Virus record (IMG/VR): IMGVR_UViG_3300025006_000005
Direction: 5' to 3' (one strand)
DNA from: a virus
DNA length: 43,226 nucleotides
Part shown: positions 39,390 through 43,226 of the stretch, in pieces
How positions within the stretch are numbered: the first letter of the stretch is position 1
Layout: every line of letters begins with the position of its first letter
Notes under the pieces: model-generated
Seen by the model: the letters and a program-made list of their open reading frames with translations, nothing else
Told to the model about the DNA's origin: nothing
Databases searched by the model: none
Translations under genes and position numbers: made by a program

Positions 39390-42300
39390 TGGACTGCCAC
39401 CGGGTTGAACACCGCACGAACGCCCCACTCGATGTTCTTCGAGGAGACGCCGGTCGCGGTGATGTCGATCGTCTGCGTGGTGGTGTTGGCCGAGACCGTC
39501 ACGGCCATGGTCGAGGTGACCTCGTTGATGACCCGCTGGGTGGACGAGCCGGAGAGCGCGATGTTGCCCTCGCCCGGCCGGTAGGCCATCACAACGTCCT
39601 CATAGGCCGCCAGTTGCTCGGAGGAGGGATCGGCATACTCACGGGCGACGGTGCGGATCACCCATTCCCCTGCCTCGCCCTTGTCCATCGGCAGACGGGC
39701 AATGACGGTGGGCGTGGCGTTGGTTGTCACCCCGCAGCCCGGCAGATCGACGGTGAGGCGATCATAGAGCGGCGGGCCTCCATTGTGGCCGATCCCCGCT
39801 GCCGCCGCTTCCCTGAGAGGAATGGAAGGCAGCGAGATGTCGGCACTGTCACTGTCCCGCGTGGTGGTGATCCCCGCCTTTGCATCGATGCCGGTATAGA
39901 CGGTCGAGTCCGTGTCGGAGACCGTCAGCCCCTTGATGCGTGCCGAGCCCGCAGTGGTGGCGACATGCAGAAGGTCGGTCGTGTCGTCATAGGCCAGAGC
40001 CGAGACGGAATCCCCCGGCAGCAGGCACTTGGCCCCGCTCTCGAACAGGTGGCGCTCGTCCTCGTAGATGGCACGGATCTGAGCTGGGGTGGGAGCGGTG
40101 AGGCCAAGGCGTGGCAACGCCATGTTCCCGTCGCTCATCGCGCCGTATCCTCCGACACCTGCCCCAAAATTCAACGGTACGGTCAGATTGGTGAGGCTGG
40201 TATTGGCATTCGTGAGCGTCCCGGATGCCTGCAATACGCCGTCGACCCAAAGCTCGGCCGTGGTTCCGCGCCTCACCACCATGAACAGATGCCAGTTCCC
40301 GTCATCAAACGCGAGCGCACCTGTTATTGTGTCTGAGGTTGAGTAGTTATCGTCGGTCGCGCGGAAGACAGGCACACTCGTCGTGGCGCTGATTCCCAAG
40401 TAGAAATTGCCGTTGCCCGTGGTCCCATCTGTCTGGACGTAGCGCCGTTCTGCGCCGGTCGCGGTCTGCTTGAGCCACAGCGCAATCAGAAAATCTCCGG
40501 TTCCTGGCTGGAACCCATGCCCTGCAGGCAACGCCAGATAATTGCTGCTGGAGAACCCGCCATAGGCCGCCAGTTCGCCTGAGTTGACCGCAGCACGGGT
40601 GATCGTTCCCACCACAGTCGGGTGGTTGGCGGCAACAGAGCGGTCGGTGGCGACGCGCTGGATGGTGACGTTGTCGATCGACCCGTCGAAATCGCTGCTC
40701 GGAAGGAAGCTGACCGTGTTGTTGCCCGTGACGGCAATCAGGCTTTGCGAGCTCGCACCATTGGCCGAAATCGCTGATCCGGCGACTGTTGTCGTTCCCT
40801 CAAGACGCGGCGTTACAGAACCGGCAGTGCGCCCGGAAACTGTGACCGTAACCCTATAGCGGGCCCCCACAACCAGCGTCGCCGCCTTCGCCAAGGGGAC
40901 GGTCGATCCCGCCGCATGCAATGCAGTCCCGGATGAAAGAGACCAGTTGGTCCCCGCGCTTGCCGCCCAAGCCGCCAGCATCGCAGCCGTGTCGGCATAC
41001 CCGGAGAAATCATCGCTGAGCGGCGTTGCCCCCACCAGGCTCGACACGTCTGCGGTGCTCTCGGCAAGGGCGAACTTGATGGAGCCCACCTGCCAGCCGG
41101 TGTTGTATTTGCTCGTGAGGTAGGCGGCGGCATCCTCGACCGGATACTGTGAAATCCGGGAGCGCTTGACGATGTTCAGGCCGCCAGAAAAACCTACGGC
41201 AAGGCCGCCTCTGACGGACACCGGACGCAGATTGGTGTTTGCGTCGCCAATGCCCGGATAATGCCCGCTGCTGGCAGCGTCTGACTGGCGATTATATAGA
41301 TGGTCCGGAGAGAAGCTCGTGACCGCATAGGACTTCCGGCGCGCCACTAAGAGGGGCGTTGCACTGGAATCCAACTGCCAGATGAGATCGCCATTGCTGG
41401 GGTCGAATGCGACTTCGCGGGAATTCGCCGTCGTGGCCGAGTTCGCCACCCTGCCATCCCAATGGATGACGCTCACGCCCCCTGCCGTGGCAACCGCAAC
41501 TGTCGGCGCAGGCAGGTTCAGCCGGTTCGGATCGGCCGGGGTGCCCGGAAGGACCGTGGCGGCGACGTCGTTGACGGCGCGGCTGATAATGGCTCCAGGT
41601 TGCCAGCCGACGGTAGCGAAGGACGCCCCGTCGCTCCTGTTGGCGATGCGTCCGACATATCCGCCAGTGGTAATACCAAGACCGCTGCGCCAACTGCGAT
41701 CTAAGATCAGATCAATGCCGTGGACGTCGTAGGACGGCGCCCCGAAATAGATGTTGCCGTTGATCGCAGCTAGGCATGCAGCGGTGATGGTGTTGAGAGC
41801 GCCCGTCATGTTGCCGACGTTGTTAGTAAACACCGTCCACATCGGGCACGATGCCTGATCCAGATCATAGATAGTGAGCGTAGCGGCACGCGCCACGATC
41901 AGCGCCTTCGACGGGAACTCGGCCCGATTGCCGCGATAGACCTGCGTCTGGCCCGAGCCGGCGTTGAGCTTGTAGAAATTCCCGTCCGTCGTGTTGCCGT
42001 AATAGGCCCCGGTCGTGGCGCCCGAGATGGCCCGCGCCGCCGTTTCATTGGCCGCAAGCCCCAGCCACGCGCCGGTCAGGCTTTCCTTGTACCAGCTCGT
42101 CGCCTTGGTCTTCTTCCGCCACCGACCCTTGTCGCTGTCGCGCTCGGTGTCATAGACAAACACGTCGACCACATCGGCGGCCGAAACGATCGCGCGGGCA
42201 GACGATGAAAGCAGGCCCAGCGTCGCATCATAGCTCGAGACATTGCCCAGCGCCGTGTTGAGGCTCGACTGGATGCTCTCCACGCTCGCCTTGTCGGTCG

Positions 42301-43216
42301 CCACCTGAGCAGCATCGACATCGGCCGCCTGACGTGAGGCTTCCGAGGACGTGGCCGATCCATCCGCAGCAACGGCAGAAGCGGCCGCATTGGTCTCCGA
42401 GGTCGCGGCGTTGGTCTCGCTGGTGGCGGCATTGGCTTCAGACGTGGCAGCGGCGGTCGCTGAGTTCGACGCGGCTGTGGCGCTGTTGCCGGCATTGGTT
42501 TCAGAGGTCGAGGCCGCAGACGCACTCGCCGCGGCGGCTGCTTCACTGCCAGCCGCATTGGTCTCGGATATTGCAGCAGCAGCCTCCGAATCCGCAGCAG
42601 CCGAAGCGCTGGCAGCCGCGGCCGTGGCGGAATTGGCCGCGTTGGTCTCAGCCGCCGTGAATTCGGCCGTCAGATTGCCCTTGAGCGCGACCACGGCCCA
42701 ATAGGTCTGCCAATCGGCTCCCACTCCGGGCTCGGTCGATGCTCCCGAGGTATGGGCGAGGATGCAGCGATAGGACGAGCCGTCGTCATAGACGCCATCC
42801 CGCAGCGCATAGGCCGTCGAGGTCGCCCAGTCGCCCTGCCACGCAATGCCGGGGGCGCCCTGTGTTCCTGCCGCGACCACCGAAATCGAATTGGCCGTCT
42901 TGACGTGAACGCCGATCACCGGCGCGTAATAGAGCGTTTCGTCGAAGGCAGAAGGATCGGCCCGCTTGAGCGTGATGGTCGAGACCTGCCCGAAGGGAAG
43001 CGATCCCGTCAGGCTCTTGTCCGCCGAAAACCCGATGATGCCGGACGCTGCCTGCGAGGTATCGAGCGTCAGGGTGATCGAGCCCGTCGACCAGTCGACC
43101 TTGGCATAGGTCCAGGTTGACCCCGACAGATCCATCGCGGACCCGTCCGAGTCCGTGATGGTGATCTGCTCAGACCAGTCGTCGCCCGGAACGAGAGAGA
43201 TTGCTGAAAAGGTCAT
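39386..43216 (-). CDS. Giant tail fibre/receptor-binding protein (CBM5/12-like, Ala-rich repeat coiled coil, LamG-like lectin domain)
   Basis: 1276 aa. AWQGDWATSTAY..GSSYRCILAHTS..WQTYW covers ~42683-42844. The ATSETNA-type 7-aa repeats cover ~42310-42665. FLIALWLKQ...NWHLFMVVRRGTTAELWVDG (LamG-type) covers ~40050-40640. Confidence 0.8.
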   Translation of the reverse strand: MTFSAISLVPGDDWSEQITITDSDGSAMDLSGSTWTYAKVDWSTGSITLTLDTSQAASGIIGFSADKSLTGSLPFGQVSTITLKRADPSAFDETLYYAPVIGVHVKTANSISVVAAGTQGAPGIAWQGDWATSTAYALRDGVYDDGSSYRCILAHTSGASTEPGVGADWQTYWAVVALKGNLTAEFTAAETNAANSATAAAASASAAADSEAAAAISETNAAGSEAAAAASASAASTSETNAGNSATAASNSATAAATSEANAATSETNAATSETNAAASAVAADGSATSSEASRQAADVDAAQVATDKASVESIQSSLNTALGNVSSYDATLGLLSSSARAIVSAADVVDVFVYDTERDSDKGRWRKKTKATSWYKESLTGAWLGLAANETAARAISGATTGAYYGNTTDGNFYKLNAGSGQTQVYRGNRAEFPSKALIVARAATLTIYDLDQASCPMWTVFTNNVGNMTGALNTITAACLAAINGNIYFGAPSYDVHGIDLILDRSWRSGLGITTGGYVGRIANRSDGASFATVGWQPGAIISRAVNDVAATVLPGTPADPNRLNLPAPTVAVATAGGVSVIHWDGRVANSATTANSREVAFDPSNGDLIWQLDSSATPLLVARRKSYAVTSFSPDHLYNRQSDAASSGHYPGIGDANTNLRPVSVRGGLAVGFSGGLNIVKRSRISQYPVEDAAAYLTSKYNTGWQVGSIKFALAESTADVSSLVGATPLSDDFSGYADTAAMLAAWAASAGTNWSLSSGTALHAAGSTVPLAKAATLVVGARYRVTVTVSGRTAGSVTPRLEGTTTVAGSAISANGASSQSLIAVTGNNTVSFLPSSDFDGSIDNVTIQRVATDRSVAANHPTVVGTITRAAVNSGELAAYGGFSSSNYLALPAGHGFQPGTGDFLIALWLKQTATGAERRYVQTDGTTGNGNFYLGISATTSVPVFRATDDNYSTSDTITGALAFDDGNWHLFMVVRRGTTAELWVDGVLQASGTLTNANTSLTNLTVPLNFGAGVGGYGAMSDGNMALPRLGLTAPTPAQIRAIYEDERHLFESGAKCLLPGDSVSALAYDDTTDLLHVATTAGSARIKGLTVSDTDSTVYTGIDAKAGITTTRDSDSADISLPSIPLREAAAAGIGHNGGPPLYDRLTVDLPGCGVTTNATPTVIARLPMDKGEAGEWVIRTVAREYADPSSEQLAAYEDVVMAYRPGEGNIALSGSSTQRVINEVTSTMAVTVSANTTTQTIDITATGVSSKNIEWGVRAVFNPVAVQ

Positions 43217-43226
43217 CCGATCACCC
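43100..43226. repeat. Terminal 127-bp exact duplicate of 1..127
   Basis: Identical string at both ends. Confidence 0.95.

Larger units (their letters stand above)
1..43226. mobile_element. Complete temperate tailed-phage genome (circularly closed contig, unique length 43,099 bp)
   Basis: Contains integrase+attP, a CI-like repressor, replication, packaging, head, tail and lysis modules. The two ends are an exact 127-bp duplicate. Confidence 0.9.

Noticed and set aside
39386-43216. Diversity-generating retroelement or other targeted hypervariation of the fibre gene
   Set aside because: There is no reverse transcriptase and no template/variable repeat pair anywhere in the circle. The only repeats are in-frame Ala-rich coiled-coil units.
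43100-43226. The terminal repeat as a genuine phage direct terminal repeat or LTR
   Set aside because: Its length of exactly 127 nt, and a break point in the middle of an operon (inside a coupled gene pair), point to an assembler overlap. A real DTR cannot be fully excluded without reads.

Overview
The window is one complete, GC-rich temperate siphovirus-type phage genome closed on itself. Bases 1-127 are identical to 43100-43226, so the unique circle is 43,099 bp. Gene 114..1208 therefore sits directly upstream of, and ATGA-coupled to, the 1276-aa fibre gene at the window end.

Minus-strand layout, read from about 29.3 kb downwards:
- Cro-like early-left operon: CII/CP76-like protein, DUF2303, ParB-MT-A70 methylase, HTH, HD hydrolase and wHTH proteins.
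- A large C5 methylase, then a replication initiator containing an iteron/AT-rich origin.
- NusG/RfaH-like factor, HNH, TerS, TerL, HK97-type portal, ClpP-like protease and capsid, then connector/adaptor genes.
- GTA/TP901-like tail tube, chaperone and tape measure, followed by a lambda M-L-K-(I)J-like tip.
- Gly-rich protein and a giant fibre.
- Lysis cassette: DUF1353, RlpA-like protein, pinholin, SAR endolysin and spanins.

Plus-strand layout: CI-like repressor (HTH+S24) with a small membrane protein, then a chain of translationally coupled small genes ending in DUF4326, an Xis-like HTH and a tyrosine integrase. This is followed by an attP whose core is the 3' 45-47 nt of a tRNA-Val(CAC)-like sequence.

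No rRNA, intact tRNA or CRISPR array was seen. The host is probably an alphaproteobacterium (Rhizobiales-like); this is inference only.

Most unusual observations:
1. A family of 41-45 nt palindromic elements inserted in-frame, in both orientations, inside four coding regions. One of them fuses the ParB-MT-A70 gene to a downstream module.
2. A C5-cytosine methyltransferase carrying eight tandem TRD-like modules.
3. A terminator-like hairpin plus U9 tract that sequesters the terS Shine-Dalgarno, just downstream of a phage NusG/RfaH paralogue.
4. Two early promoters with identical CTTGACA-N4-GGTCATTTGTCC architecture flanking the repressor gene.
5. An opposite-strand lipoprotein moron wedged into the tail module.

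All family assignments come from motif recognition by eye. No searches were run.
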